From contig OZ245015.1 in NCBI GenBank assembly GCA_965223705.1, positions 2,176,001 through 2,240,000 of the forward strand: a stretch of DNA of 64,000 bases, in the 5' to 3' direction. Each line of letters starts with the position of its first letter. Position 1 is the stretch's first letter. Positions 19,065 through 28,504 of this stretch are shown piece by piece. A program made the translations under genes and the position numbers. The notes under the pieces were generated by a model that saw only the letters and a program-made list of their open reading frames with translations, had not been told where the DNA came from and searched no databases. Source of the stretch: Myxococcota bacterium. Lineage in GTDB: Bacteria > Myxococcota_A > UBA9160 > UBA6930.

Positions 19065-19660
19065 CGGTCGAGGAGTTCCTTCTCCTTCACGTAGTCGTTG
19101 GGCCCTGCCTGATGCGGCTGAGCCGGCCGAACGACCATCAGGATCTTGTCGCCCTGACGCACAACCGTGTTGTGCTGCGTGAAGAGTGAGCCGTCTCGCT
19201 TGACGCGAACTTCTTCGACGATGATGGGACCGGCTTCATCGGTCGCCTGGTGCGGGACGCGAACCGTCGTCTGGTCGTCGAGTTGGATCACCGTCTCGTG
19301 GACCGCGGGTCGGAGCGCCGTGGCGTAGTAAGGAGCTGTGCCCTCGCCGCCTTCGCCATTGAAGTCTCGCAGGTGCTCGAGCCGGTCGGCCAGAGCCGCG
19401 CGGCTCGCCTCGACGGAAGTCGTCGTCCGCGTAAATCGCGAATAGCTCGCGAGGCCGAGCTCGCGCTGCAGCGTCGCGTGCTCTCGGTAGCGCGACGGGA
19501 TTCGGTCTACGTCGTCCGTGAATGCAATCTCACCCGAATCCGTCGTCCAGCGGTAGATCTCGGCGCTCGCCGGGCTCGCCGCCGCACCGAGCATCCCGGC
19601 GCTCGCGATGACCGCCGCCGCCCACATTGCACTTCGCTTCTGCCAGTTTCGCGTCCGCAT
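19061..19660 (-). CDS. DUF4124-like secreted protein
   Basis: Signal peptide; AEIYRWTTDSGEIAFTDD..IP.RYR; GAGG RBS before ATG 19660. Confidence 0.75.
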   Translation of the reverse strand: MRTRNWQKRSAMWAAAVIASAGMLGAAASPASAEIYRWTTDSGEIAFTDDVDRIPSRYREHATLQRELGLASYSRFTRTTTSVEASRAALADRLEHLRDFNGEGGEGTAPYYATALRPAVHETVIQLDDQTTVRVPHQATDEAGPIIVEEVRVKRDGSLFTQHNTVVRQGDKILMVVRPAQPHQAGPNDYVKEKELLDR

Positions 19661-19783
19661 ACCGAACCTCCGATCGTACGTGAGTGACCGGACAGACGCG
19701 AAAGTGTCAGGATTCTCGTAGCTTAGGCTACGAAATCTCCGCATCGGCGGAGTGTTTCGCGGGAAGTTGCCGCTTGCCGAGCG

Positions 19784-21022
19784 TCACACCCGGTCGAGTG
19801 GCGGCATCTCGAGCGCTTCGCGGAACGATTCGTGGAAGTGATGGAGGGCGGGCTCGTTCCGTCCGAAGACGATGTGCTCGAGCGCGCCGGCCTCAGCGAC
19901 CCGCTGCGTGCTCTCCCCCATCGCATAGTCCTCGTGCTCGAGCGTGCTGGCGAACACTTCACGAGCGGCGTCGGGGCTGAACACCGATTGTCCTCCCCGC
20001 GCCTCGGGGTCGTAGACGTTCTTACCGGTAATGATGCGGCCGCCGCTCGCCTCGTGTTCTCTCAGCCGTGCGAGTGTCTGCGGCGCGAAATACTGGCGGA
20101 TCTGCGTGATCGACCGGTTCGGGTCGGTCGGATGCGGGTAGATCCGGAACATCGTCGACTGCTGCGTGCTCGCCGTGATCTGAATGTTGGGAAACAGGTA
20201 GTAGAGCACGGTTGCACCGGTCTCCATGCGCCACTCGTCTTCGGGTTTCTTGCGCAGGCTGTCGATACCGCGGGACGGGAAGCAGAACCGGTGGTTGCGA
20301 CCGAACGCCTCGAAGGACAGCGCATCGCTGTAGAAGATTCTCGAGAGTGTGTTCTTGTGGAGGCGCGCGAAGTGGTACGTCTCACCGAAGGTGTCGTTCG
20401 CGAGCTTCCAGTTGAGTCGTTTCTCGAGGGTCGACTCATCGGTGAGGACGAACTCACCGAGATTCCACGATTCGAGTTCGGGTGCGAGGTCGCCCAGCAG
20501 AGCGTCGACGTCGAGCTTGCCGTCCGGTTGCGGGTGCGCCCAGAGGAAGCCCCCTGCCTCGAGCGTCGGCAACTCGACGAGGCCGTGGCTCGCCCGGTCG
20601 ACCTTCCCGAAGTCGCGTTCGCGGGCGATCCCGACGAGCTCTCCCGTGTTGCGATACGTCCAGTTGTGGAACGGGCACATGAAGTTCTTGGCATCGCCGC
20701 GGCAGTCGTCGGTGAGGCGCGTACCGCGATGGCGGCAGGCGTTGAGGAAGGCGCGAAAGCGGCCGTCCTCGGCGCGCGTGGCCAAGACCGGTACCCCGAA
20801 ATCGTCGACCGTGAGGAAGCTACCCGCCTCCGGCAACTCGCCCGAGAGCCCGATCACCTGGGGGTGCCTGCGAAAGAAGAGCTCCCATTCCCGAGCCGCG
20901 AGCTCCGGACAGACGTACGACCGCGTCGGATTCTTGACCTGGCAGCCGGCGTCGACGTTCTTCTTTTCATCGAGCTGATGCATCAGCTCTTTCAGAATTC
21001 GGATCTGGGTGGTGCGTTGCAT
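19784..21022 (-). CDS. Rieske non-heme iron oxygenase alpha subunit
   Basis: CRHRG...CPFHNW Rieske ligands; NWK..DTFGETYH...LH; C-terminal ED; GGAG RBS. Confidence 0.93.
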   Translation of the reverse strand: MQRTTQIRILKELMHQLDEKKNVDAGCQVKNPTRSYVCPELAAREWELFFRRHPQVIGLSGELPEAGSFLTVDDFGVPVLATRAEDGRFRAFLNACRHRGTRLTDDCRGDAKNFMCPFHNWTYRNTGELVGIARERDFGKVDRASHGLVELPTLEAGGFLWAHPQPDGKLDVDALLGDLAPELESWNLGEFVLTDESTLEKRLNWKLANDTFGETYHFARLHKNTLSRIFYSDALSFEAFGRNHRFCFPSRGIDSLRKKPEDEWRMETGATVLYYLFPNIQITASTQQSTMFRIYPHPTDPNRSITQIRQYFAPQTLARLREHEASGGRIITGKNVYDPEARGGQSVFSPDAAREVFASTLEHEDYAMGESTQRVAEAGALEHIVFGRNEPALHHFHESFREALEMPPLDRV

Positions 21023-21094
21023 GGAGGCTCCCGGTCTTCGACCGTCAGTTTCGCAGGGCGGTCCAGGGGCTGTCCAGTCGCCGCGACGGCGGAG

Positions 21095-22048
21095 CTAGGA
21101 GCTGTCCTTCATGCGCGCCGTCGCGACCTCAACGCTGCGGTCGACGAGATACCGCAGTTCCAAGCGAAGGAGCTCGAGCGCACCGAGCTCGCGACCCGCG
21201 CGCGCTCCGTGCTCGAGAAGATGCTCGAGGATCGTCGATACCGGAACGAACCAACCCGGCTTCTCCGCGATGTGCCGCAGCGTGCGGTCGAAGTCGGGAT
21301 CGAGGCGACCGTCGCGGGCGAAGCCCTTTCCCAGGTGCGTCGAGACGATACACACGCCGCCTTCCTCTTCCAGCCGGTCGATCGCGTCGGGCGTGATCCG
21401 CCTCCGAAAAGCCCGAACTTCGGGGGCGTCGAGCGTGGAGAACCAGTAGTGGACGTAGGGCGTCCTCGCGTTGCAGTACGGCATTTCGGGATTGCTCTTC
21501 AGGAGGTTCAGGTCCCGAAAGGTGAAGTTCCGCACGAAGCGGATGCGTTCCCGCGCCAGGTCACCCCAGAAGAACGGAGACCCTTCGATTTCGCCGCTCG
21601 ATCCGTTCCCGCGCACGCGTTCGAGGAGACGCAAAAGAGCGCGGATCGGCGCCGTATGGAAGCGAGCGGCTCCCCAGTAGAGGTTCTCCGCGTTTTGCCC
21701 GTGATTCGCGTAGAGCCGTGGGCAGTGCCCGAACTCGCGCTCGAGAAACGCGAGACCCCGCAGCGTTCGCGCGCGATCGCTCGACTCCATGGTGGCCCCG
21801 TGGAGTGCCAACTCGACGCCTCGGGAGACCAGCATCTTGACGAAATCCAGGTACTCGGGTCGATTCAGCGTGTCCGCCGCATGGTAGGCCGGGCTGCCCT
21901 CCGGGCAGTCGAGAGGCCACGCGGTCTTCGTGGTGAGCAGCCCGTATTCGAGCAGTCGGTCGTAGACGGGCTTCACGTTCTCGAGGGTCGAATCGTCCGT
22001 ATCGTCGAGGATCGTGAACGCGAACTTGCGATTTTCCGGGTACTGCAA
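21095..22048 (-). CDS. Polysaccharide deacetylase-like hypothetical protein
   Basis: FAFTILDDTD, ELALHG, NHG, IVSTHLGKGF, WFVPVS..L pattern of NodB-like folds. Confidence 0.6.
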   Translation of the reverse strand: MQYPENRKFAFTILDDTDDSTLENVKPVYDRLLEYGLLTTKTAWPLDCPEGSPAYHAADTLNRPEYLDFVKMLVSRGVELALHGATMESSDRARTLRGLAFLEREFGHCPRLYANHGQNAENLYWGAARFHTAPIRALLRLLERVRGNGSSGEIEGSPFFWGDLARERIRFVRNFTFRDLNLLKSNPEMPYCNARTPYVHYWFSTLDAPEVRAFRRRITPDAIDRLEEEGGVCIVSTHLGKGFARDGRLDPDFDRTLRHIAEKPGWFVPVSTILEHLLEHGARAGRELGALELLRLELRYLVDRSVEVATARMKDSS

Positions 22049-22161
22049 AGCAGCAGCATCTTATCGGAGAAGCGTTCTGCAAGGCCCGCGAAACCGCAAA
22101 AGATGGACGACGCCTCGGAAGCGTAGGATCGTGTGGACGGATTCGAACCCGAGGAGACCCG

Positions 22162-22626
22162 ATGAGAACCTTCGCTTTGTTTCTTTTGGCCGCCATCTTC
22201 ACCGGTTGCGGCCCCATCGCCGATGCCCAGCGGGTGAAGACCGATCCCGACTTCTACGCGCCGTTCTTGATCTCCCAAGCCGTGCGCGCCGGGAATCTCT
22301 TGTTCTTGTCGGGGCAGGCTTCCCTCGATGAGTCAGGCAACATCGTGGGCGAAGGCGATTTCGACGCTCAGGCGGAGCAGACCTTCGCGAACCTCCGTAA
22401 GGTGCTGCGCGCGGGCGGCTCGGATCTCGACCGCGTGGTGAAGGTGAACATCTACCTGACGGACATGAGCCACTTCCCGAAGATCGTCGCGCTTCGAGAG
22501 AAGTACTTCAGGCCGCCCTACCCGGCGGACACCATCGTCGAAGTCGGGGCGCTCGGCCTGCCCGAACTGATGATCGAGATCGAAGCGGTGGGTCTCGTCG
22601 GCGGGACGATTCGCGACGCCGACTGA
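22162..22626 (+). CDS. RidA/YjgF family protein with N-terminal lipoprotein-type signal peptide
   Basis: SQAVRAGNLLFLSGQ, VVKVNIYL, YPADT..EV..L...IEIEA; N-terminus MRTFALFLLAAIFTGC. Confidence 0.88.
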   Translation: MRTFALFLLAAIFTGCGPIADAQRVKTDPDFYAPFLISQAVRAGNLLFLSGQASLDESGNIVGEGDFDAQAEQTFANLRKVLRAGGSDLDRVVKVNIYLTDMSHFPKIVALREKYFRPPYPADTIVEVGALGLPELMIEIEAVGLVGGTIRDAD

Positions 22627-22632
22627 CGCGGC

Positions 22633-23577
22633 CTAGGTCACGGCCAGCGGATTGACCGGCGATCCAGTCCCGCCCTGGATCTGCAGCGGTGCGACCGTGA
22701 GGAGGAAGCTCTCACGCTCCGTCGCTCGCAGATGCGCCGCGAGTTCTTCCAGATCGAGGTGGTGGATGAGAGGAAGTCCCAGGTAGACCTCGGTCAGCAC
22801 GTGGATCGGTACAGAACAGCCCGGGTACGTCGAGGGAAAGTTGTCCCCGGGACCGTCCGTCGCGACCGTGGCGGCGTCCCAGGCCGCGATCACGTCGATG
22901 CACCCGACGTGCAGCCCGCTCCAATTGCCGTGGTTGTCCCTCGCTTCACCGTCTTCTGGCCGGATGGTGGGGGCCGCGTAGCGACCCGTGCGGATCACGA
23001 CGGCGTCACCGGGCTTCACGCGCCCTTCGAAGGGCGTCAGGTCGTCCGGGGTGACGGGATCGCCGGGCTCTAAGAACTCGCTCCCGCGTCGGTGCGGCAC
23101 GTCGATGAGCCAACCTCGCGTGACGAAGCCACCGAGCTCCGTCATGGCGTACTTCTTGACGCCGTCCTCGAGGGTCACCACCTCCTCGCAGAGATCGCCG
23201 TTGAAGGATCTTCCCCGATGGCCGACGTGGCAATAAGCGTCGATGTGCGAGTTCGTCATTCCGTGGGTAGCGATGGCGATCCGGTCGCCGGATTCGAAGA
23301 CCGGCTCCGCGTCGCCGGCGAACTCGTACTGCCCGGCGCGAAGCAGCTCATAGTGGTAGTCGCTGTCGTAGCTCGCGTCGGCGGTGATGTCGTCTTCGCG
23401 CAGCGGTGCGCCGAGATTGAAGACGCGATGATCGACCACGGAATCCATGCCGCGAGCGGTCGCGGTACGGCCGATCAGGTTCAGGGTGCCGCGCCCGTTG
23501 GGCCAGCGGCCCCAGTTGTAGGTGCGGTGCGGCCATTCGTCGAGCGGCTGACCGAAGGTCGTTCGCGCCACACCCAA
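22633..23577 (-). CDS. Cyclase family (kynurenine formamidase-like) metal hydrolase
   Basis: NWGRW...GTLNLI, SHIDAYCH, GDAVVIRTG, APLQIQGGTGSPVNPLA. Confidence 0.88.
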   Translation of the reverse strand: MGVARTTFGQPLDEWPHRTYNWGRWPNGRGTLNLIGRTATARGMDSVVDHRVFNLGAPLREDDITADASYDSDYHYELLRAGQYEFAGDAEPVFESGDRIAIATHGMTNSHIDAYCHVGHRGRSFNGDLCEEVVTLEDGVKKYAMTELGGFVTRGWLIDVPHRRGSEFLEPGDPVTPDDLTPFEGRVKPGDAVVIRTGRYAAPTIRPEDGEARDNHGNWSGLHVGCIDVIAAWDAATVATDGPGDNFPSTYPGCSVPIHVLTEVYLGLPLIHHLDLEELAAHLRATERESFLLTVAPLQIQGGTGSPVNPLAVT

Positions 23578-23582
23578 CCCTT

Positions 23583-24533
23583 CTAGGGACGCTCGATGCG
23601 ACGCGCCCAGGCTCCCAGACCCGCAAGCCCCGCGAACAAGAGTACCGCTATGCCGGGTTCGGGGACCGCCGCGCCGAACGCGAGGATCTTGGCGTCGAGC
23701 GCGGCCTCGACGGCGTCAAAATCTTCGACGTTGATGACGAAGCCGGTCGTTGCGGGGATCGGATCGCCCACATTGACGACCGTCCCCGGCGTCGGGTGCG
23801 CAAGCTCCGTCATCAATGCGAGGTCCTGCGCGTTGAAGCCGATCGCCTCGAAACTGAGTAGATCGATTCCGGCTGCGATCGCGGCGTCCCGTGCATTGCG
23901 CGCCGCGTCTTCCGGTGTGAGCGCTCCGGGTGCGACCAAATCGTTGAGCGCCGCCAGCACCGTCGCGGTGTCCGGCCCACCGGCGGCGGCGACATGCCCG
24001 TTGTGAACGGTCGGATTGCCATCCGTCAGCATGTTCAGCAAAACCGCATCGGTCCCCATCGCGATCGAGGCGACCGCGGTGCCGATGGCGTCTTCGAAGT
24101 TCGTGCCGCCCTGGATCACACCGGTCTGTGAGAAGTCGAGCTCGGCGATCAGCGGCGCGAATTCAGGAGGCGCGAAGCTCAAAACCGTGAGCGCCGCCGG
24201 GCTCAGCTGGAACGTCGGGCGCGCCATGGTCTCGACCTGGTTCGCGATGGCGTCTCGCGTGGCGACCGAGCTCAGCGTCTGATCGGCTGTTCCGACGACC
24301 GATGCCGAAAACCCGAACCGAACCACGGTGAGATCGACCGAGCCGTCGGTCTTGAGCTTGCGGATGGCGTTCGCGGCCGCCGTTCGTAGCGTGTCCCACT
24401 CGGTGTCGTTGATACTGCTCGACCCGTCGATGATGAGGCCGATCTTCACGGCGTGACTCGGTGAAGCCAGGCAGAGCGCCAGGGTCGCGAAAACCACCGC
24501 GGCCGAGAAGCGAGACGCGCGTCGGGGTGTCAT
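23583..24533 (-). CDS. vWA-domain PEP-CTERM protein
   Basis: GAGGAGG RBS; signal peptide; MIDAS-like DGSSS, GTN, TDG; C-terminal VPEP-TM-RR. Confidence 0.85.
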   Translation of the reverse strand: MTPRRASRFSAAVVFATLALCLASPSHAVKIGLIIDGSSSINDTEWDTLRTAAANAIRKLKTDGSVDLTVVRFGFSASVVGTADQTLSSVATRDAIANQVETMARPTFQLSPAALTVLSFAPPEFAPLIAELDFSQTGVIQGGTNFEDAIGTAVASIAMGTDAVLLNMLTDGNPTVHNGHVAAAGGPDTATVLAALNDLVAPGALTPEDAARNARDAAIAAGIDLLSFEAIGFNAQDLALMTELAHPTPGTVVNVGDPIPATTGFVINVEDFDAVEAALDAKILAFGAAVPEPGIAVLLFAGLAGLGAWARRIERP

Positions 24534-24580
24534 CGGGCGGGCCCTCCTCGTGGAAGACATTCTACTCGCAAACCGACGCC

Positions 24581-26785
24581 TCAGCCCCCTTCGCCGCCCG
24601 CTTCCGCGAGAGCCTTGCGGCGATCTTCCGAGGCCCGCGACACGATGAACGCATGGATCAGGTCGGTGTCTCCTTCGGAGAGCACGTCGGAGAAGCTCGC
24701 CATCCCCTTCGCCGCCAAGGCGCCGCCCCGGACGATCTCCTGGAAGGCGCCGTGTGACGCTTCGCTCATGAGGCGCAGATCCGCGACGACACCGCCGGCG
24801 CGGACATCCAACCCGTGACACCACACGCAGTAGCGTCCGTAGAGGTCCTTGCCGAGCTCGAGCTCCTCGGCCGACGCCGTGATCTCCGGTTGTTCGGGAA
24901 TCGATCGGTCGACCGCGGAAGGCGTCGGGAGCTTTGTCGTGCCATCGAGGGCGAAGGTCAGGAGCTTGCCGAAGTTGCCGAACTGCTTCGCCGCGGTTTC
25001 CGCAGCCGGTTCGCCCGCGGCGAGATCCCCGCCGCCGGTGCCGGTCAGGATCGACACGTACTGAACGTCGCCGATCTGATAGGTCACCGGCGGCGCGAGG
25101 ATCGAGGTGTAGGTGTTGAACTTCCAGAGCACGTCCCCGGTCTCTCCGTCGTAGGCGGTCAGGAACCCCAGCGCATCGCCCTGGAACACCAGGTCGCCCG
25201 CCGTCGAGAGCACCCCGCCGTTCCAGTAATGGGGGTGCTCGACGACCCACTTGGATTCGCCGGTGAGCGGATCGAACGCCTTCAGGTAACCCTTGGCCGC
25301 GGGCCCGCCGGGATGCTCGTCGATCAGATCCGTCAAGTTGGAAAACTGGATCCCGAGGTTCCAGCCCTTGGGTTCCCGCTTGAAGAGCCCCGTCTTCGTG
25401 TACTGCTCTTCCATGGCGTAGAGCAGCGGCGCGTCCTGTGCCGGGATGAAGACCACGCCGCGCTTCGGGTCGAAGGACATCGCTTGCCAGTTGTGCGCGC
25501 CGAGCGGGCCGGGAAGGATCCACTTCGGATGTTCGTCGTAGGTCGCGTCGGTGTTCTCCACCGGGCGTCCCGTCGTGAGATCGACGTGCGTCGCCCAGGT
25601 GACGGTGGCGAAGGGGTGGGCACGAAGAAGCTTCCCGTCCGTGCGGTCGATCACGTAGAAGAAGCCGTTCTTCGGCGCCTGCATCAGCACCTTGCGTCGC
25701 TTCCCGTCGACTTCCATCTCGGCGAGCATGATGTCCTGCACCGCCGTGTAGTCCCAGTTGTCTCCGGGCGTCGTCTGGTAGTACCAGTTCATCTTCCCGG
25801 TGTCGGCGTCGAGAGCGACGATCGAGGAGAGAAAGAGGTTGTCGCCCCCGCCCGGCGATCGGATCACGCGCGTCCAAGGCGATCCGTTGCCCACACCGAT
25901 GTAGACCTGGTCGAACTCGGGGTCGTACACGATGGAGTTCCAGACCGTGCCGCCACCCCCGACCTCCCACCAGTTGCCGCCTTTCCAGGTCTTCGCCGCG
26001 AGCTCCATCTCGGGGTGTTCGAATGGGAGCGCGGGGTTGCCCGGCACCGTGAAGAAGCGCCACACCTGCTCGCCCGTCTCGGCGTCATAGGCGGTGACGT
26101 AGCCCCGCACACCGAACTCGGCGCCGCCGTTGCCAATAAAGACTTTGCCGCCGGCGACACGCGGCGCGCCCGTGATCGTGTAGAAGCGCTCGCGATCGAT
26201 GATCGTGTCGACTTCCCAGACCTTCGCGCCGTCGGATGCGTCGAGCGCGATGAGCCTCCCGTCGAGGCTCGCGACATAGACGCGGCCCTTGTAGACCGCC
26301 ACGCCGCGGTTCACGACGTCGCAACACGCGCGACGGCCCCACTCGCCGGGCACCTCCGGGTTGTACGTCCAGCGAACCTCTCCCGAAGTCGCGTCGATGG
26401 CGTGGACCACGCTCCACGTGCTCGTCAGGAAGAGCGTGTCGTCGACGACGATCGGCGTCGACTCCAGCGCGCGGTTCGTCCCCATGTCGCGGTACCAGAC
26501 GAGGCCCAGCCGATCGACCGTGTCGCGGTTGATCTGCTGAAGCGGCGAGTGCCGCTGCTCTTCGTAGGTGCGGCCGTGCGCCAGCCAGTTGCCCGGCTCC
26601 GCGCCGGCGTTGTTGATGCGTGCGTCGTCGATCAGGCCGATTCGAGCCGGCTCCGGCGCCTCGTCTTTTGATGCTGCGGGAACGTCGCCATTCGCGAGAG
26701 GCTCCGAGGGGAGCGGCCGCTCCTTCGCCGAGTACAAGACCACACCGATCACGAGTGCGAGTCCAACGAGCCAGACCCAGCGCAT
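24581..26785 (-). CDS. PQQ-dependent quinohemoprotein alcohol dehydrogenase (type II-like)
   Basis: HSPLQQIN, vicinal CC (RACCDVVNRG), GGGTVW, WDYT, APKNGFFY, C-terminal heme motif CVWCH. Confidence 0.93.
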   Translation of the reverse strand: MRWVWLVGLALVIGVVLYSAKERPLPSEPLANGDVPAASKDEAPEPARIGLIDDARINNAGAEPGNWLAHGRTYEEQRHSPLQQINRDTVDRLGLVWYRDMGTNRALESTPIVVDDTLFLTSTWSVVHAIDATSGEVRWTYNPEVPGEWGRRACCDVVNRGVAVYKGRVYVASLDGRLIALDASDGAKVWEVDTIIDRERFYTITGAPRVAGGKVFIGNGGAEFGVRGYVTAYDAETGEQVWRFFTVPGNPALPFEHPEMELAAKTWKGGNWWEVGGGGTVWNSIVYDPEFDQVYIGVGNGSPWTRVIRSPGGGDNLFLSSIVALDADTGKMNWYYQTTPGDNWDYTAVQDIMLAEMEVDGKRRKVLMQAPKNGFFYVIDRTDGKLLRAHPFATVTWATHVDLTTGRPVENTDATYDEHPKWILPGPLGAHNWQAMSFDPKRGVVFIPAQDAPLLYAMEEQYTKTGLFKREPKGWNLGIQFSNLTDLIDEHPGGPAAKGYLKAFDPLTGESKWVVEHPHYWNGGVLSTAGDLVFQGDALGFLTAYDGETGDVLWKFNTYTSILAPPVTYQIGDVQYVSILTGTGGGDLAAGEPAAETAAKQFGNFGKLLTFALDGTTKLPTPSAVDRSIPEQPEITASAEELELGKDLYGRYCVWCHGLDVRAGGVVADLRLMSEASHGAFQEIVRGGALAAKGMASFSDVLSEGDTDLIHAFIVSRASEDRRKALAEAGGEGG

Positions 26786-27022
26786 GATATCTCCCTACAC
26801 CGGTGCAAGGCGGGACATTGCGCCGCCTCCCCGGCTTCTCACCCCTTCCGTTTCGAGTCTACACCCGCGCGTCGCTCGCCTTCGCGAGTGCCCGGTCGAG
26901 ACTCGGGCGTCGCCCACGTGCGACACGATCTCTCGAAATCACTTGAGAGGTCGCTCAAAACTTCCTGAAACGTTGGGAGGTGTGCGAAGAACATTCCCGT
27001 CGGGTAACTTCCGAGACTCTGC

Positions 27023-27072
<50 letters not shown>

Positions 27073-27099
<27 letters not shown>

Positions 27100-27133
27100 C
27101 TTTAAGCGCCCGGAATCTTTAAGGTTCCGGGCG
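27073..27133 (+). repeat. Direct repeat copy 1 (tRNA 3' end + terminator), attL-like
   Basis: 58/61 identical to 28067-28127. Confidence 0.9.
27107..27133 (+). terminator. Hairpin downstream of tRNA-fMet
   Basis: cgcccggaa...ttccgggcg stem; weak U-tract. Confidence 0.6.
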
Positions 27134-27330
27134 TTCCTCGTTTCGGGGCGAGAAGGCCCGTCGGGTTACTTTCGGGTGGCTTGGCTTCGGGTAGGCCGCC
27201 AAGGTTAGCCCCTAGGGTTGGCGGTGTTCTTCGTAAGCGACCAGGCACTTCGTCTCGTGACACACGCCCGAGCGAACCACGGTTTCGAGATGACGGCTGT
27301 CAGCTAGCTTCCCGAATCGGGGGGAGCCGC

Positions 27331-27684
27331 GTGCGACTCATTCTATTCGCTGCGCTGACGCTTCTAGCGTCAGCAGGATGTACAACTCGTGTGGCCGACC
27401 TGACGATGGCTTCCACGCGAATCACCAACTTAGACAAGGTTGATCTCGATCAACTCCCTGCGCGGAGAAACGTCGAGGGGCGGGACATCAAGTTCGTGTT
27501 CCTTCTGATCCCCATGGGCATTCCGACTCTTGAGGGTGCGGTGGACGACGCCCTACAGAAAGGTGGCGGCGATGTGATGACCGATGTGGTTGTCAGTCAG
27601 TACGGATGGTGGTTTCTCGTCGGAGAGACCGGGTTCGTGGTCAAAGGCGATGTCATCAACACCCGCGGACTGGAGTCAAAATGA
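27331..27684 (+). CDS. Small lipoprotein, paralog A (possibly TRL-like fold)
   Basis: GGGGAG RBS + GTG; SAGC lipobox; PTLEGAVDDALQKGGGDVMTDVVV shared with next gene. Confidence 0.8.
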   Translation: MRLILFAALTLLASAGCTTRVADLTMASTRITNLDKVDLDQLPARRNVEGRDIKFVFLLIPMGIPTLEGAVDDALQKGGGDVMTDVVVSQYGWWFLVGETGFVVKGDVINTRGLESK

Positions 27685-28052
27685 GGTTCTCTTGCCGATC
27701 GGTAGCGACGGCTCTCGTGGCGGCAGTGGTCTTGTTGGCCCCCGCCGGTTGTGTTGTGCGCCAAGGCGATTTCACCGTTCTTTCCACCAAGCTGATTCGT
27801 ACGTCCAACTTCGACCTCTCGGGCGCGGATCGGGTCAGAGGCGTCCAGGGCGAAGATATGGCCCACATCATCTTCATCATTCCGACGAAGCAAAACCCGA
27901 ACATCGAAGATGCGATCGACAACGCTCTGGAAAAGGAAAACGGGGACGTTATGACGGATGTCGTTGTCGAGTCGTACAGCTGGTACATCCCCTACATTTA
28001 CGGACGCGCCGGTTGGCGGGTCCAAGGTGACGTTGTGCGAACGAGGAAGTGA
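27681..28052 (+). CDS. Small lipoprotein, paralog B (possibly TRL-like fold)
   Basis: ATGA overlap, GGAG RBS; PAGC lipobox; PNIEDAIDNALEKENGDVMTDVVV. Confidence 0.82.
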   Translation: MRFSCRSVATALVAAVVLLAPAGCVVRQGDFTVLSTKLIRTSNFDLSGADRVRGVQGEDMAHIIFIIPTKQNPNIEDAIDNALEKENGDVMTDVVVESYSWYIPYIYGRAGWRVQGDVVRTRK

Positions 28053-28066
28053 CCGAGTTGCGGCGT

Positions 28067-28127
28067 GGGGTTCGAATCCCTCCCCCGCTTCCAATTCAAG
28101 CGCCCGGAATCTTTAAGGTTCCGGGCG
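28067..28127 (+). repeat. Direct repeat copy 2 (tRNA 3' fragment + terminator), attR-like
   Basis: ggggttcgaatccctcccccgct...cgcccggaatctttaaggttccgggcg followed by cttttc. Confidence 0.9.
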
Positions 28128-28299
28128 CTTTTCGCTTCTGTCACCGAACGGTGTCGGTCCATTTTCGGTCCAATTCGTACTCGCCCTCGGCTTCACGGAA
28201 GCATTGTACTGCGCCGAAACTGTATGGTGAGGTGGAGGCCGCATCGCCCTCGGTGCATCGTGAGAGAATCGTCCCCCAACCGGCAGGAGGATTGCGGAC

Positions 28300-28371
28300 A
28301 TGGACATCATGGAACTCGGGGCGATTGGGGAGCTAGTCGGCGGCGTCGCGGTGATCGGATGGGCGCGATGA
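28300..28371 (+). pseudogene. N-terminal fragment of a membrane protein (MDIMELGAIGELVGGVAVIG)
   Basis: Strong AGGAGG RBS; only 23 codons; resembles N-terminus of the fragment at 34187-34543. Confidence 0.5.
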
Positions 28372-28504
28372 CCGAGCCAGGAGCTTCGGAGCTCGGGGCC
28401 GGTTCTCCGGTGAGTCACGCGAGCGCCACCCACGCGGTACTCGAGGCTTGCCAATCACCGCTCGACGACGAGCACGCACGACGTCGGTCTGTCGTGTCAG
28501 TGGC

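Noticed and set aside
19832..22126. 764-aa plus-strand ORF (and similar long antisense ORFs such as 5758-7632, 11365-13002, 24815-26671)
   Set aside because: Antisense shadows of real high-GC genes; no motifs
24534..26063. 826-aa ORF as a long vWA-PEP-CTERM protein
   Set aside because: Upstream part is a shadow frame of the ADH gene; signal peptide and RBS point to 24533
24581..26785. Lanthanide-dependent ADH
   Set aside because: Active-site motif is WDYT, lacking the extra Asp (D-x-D) typical of Ln-dependent enzymes
28067..28093. Second tRNA gene
   Set aside because: Only the T-arm and 3' acceptor strand are present; no D-arm or anticodon arm
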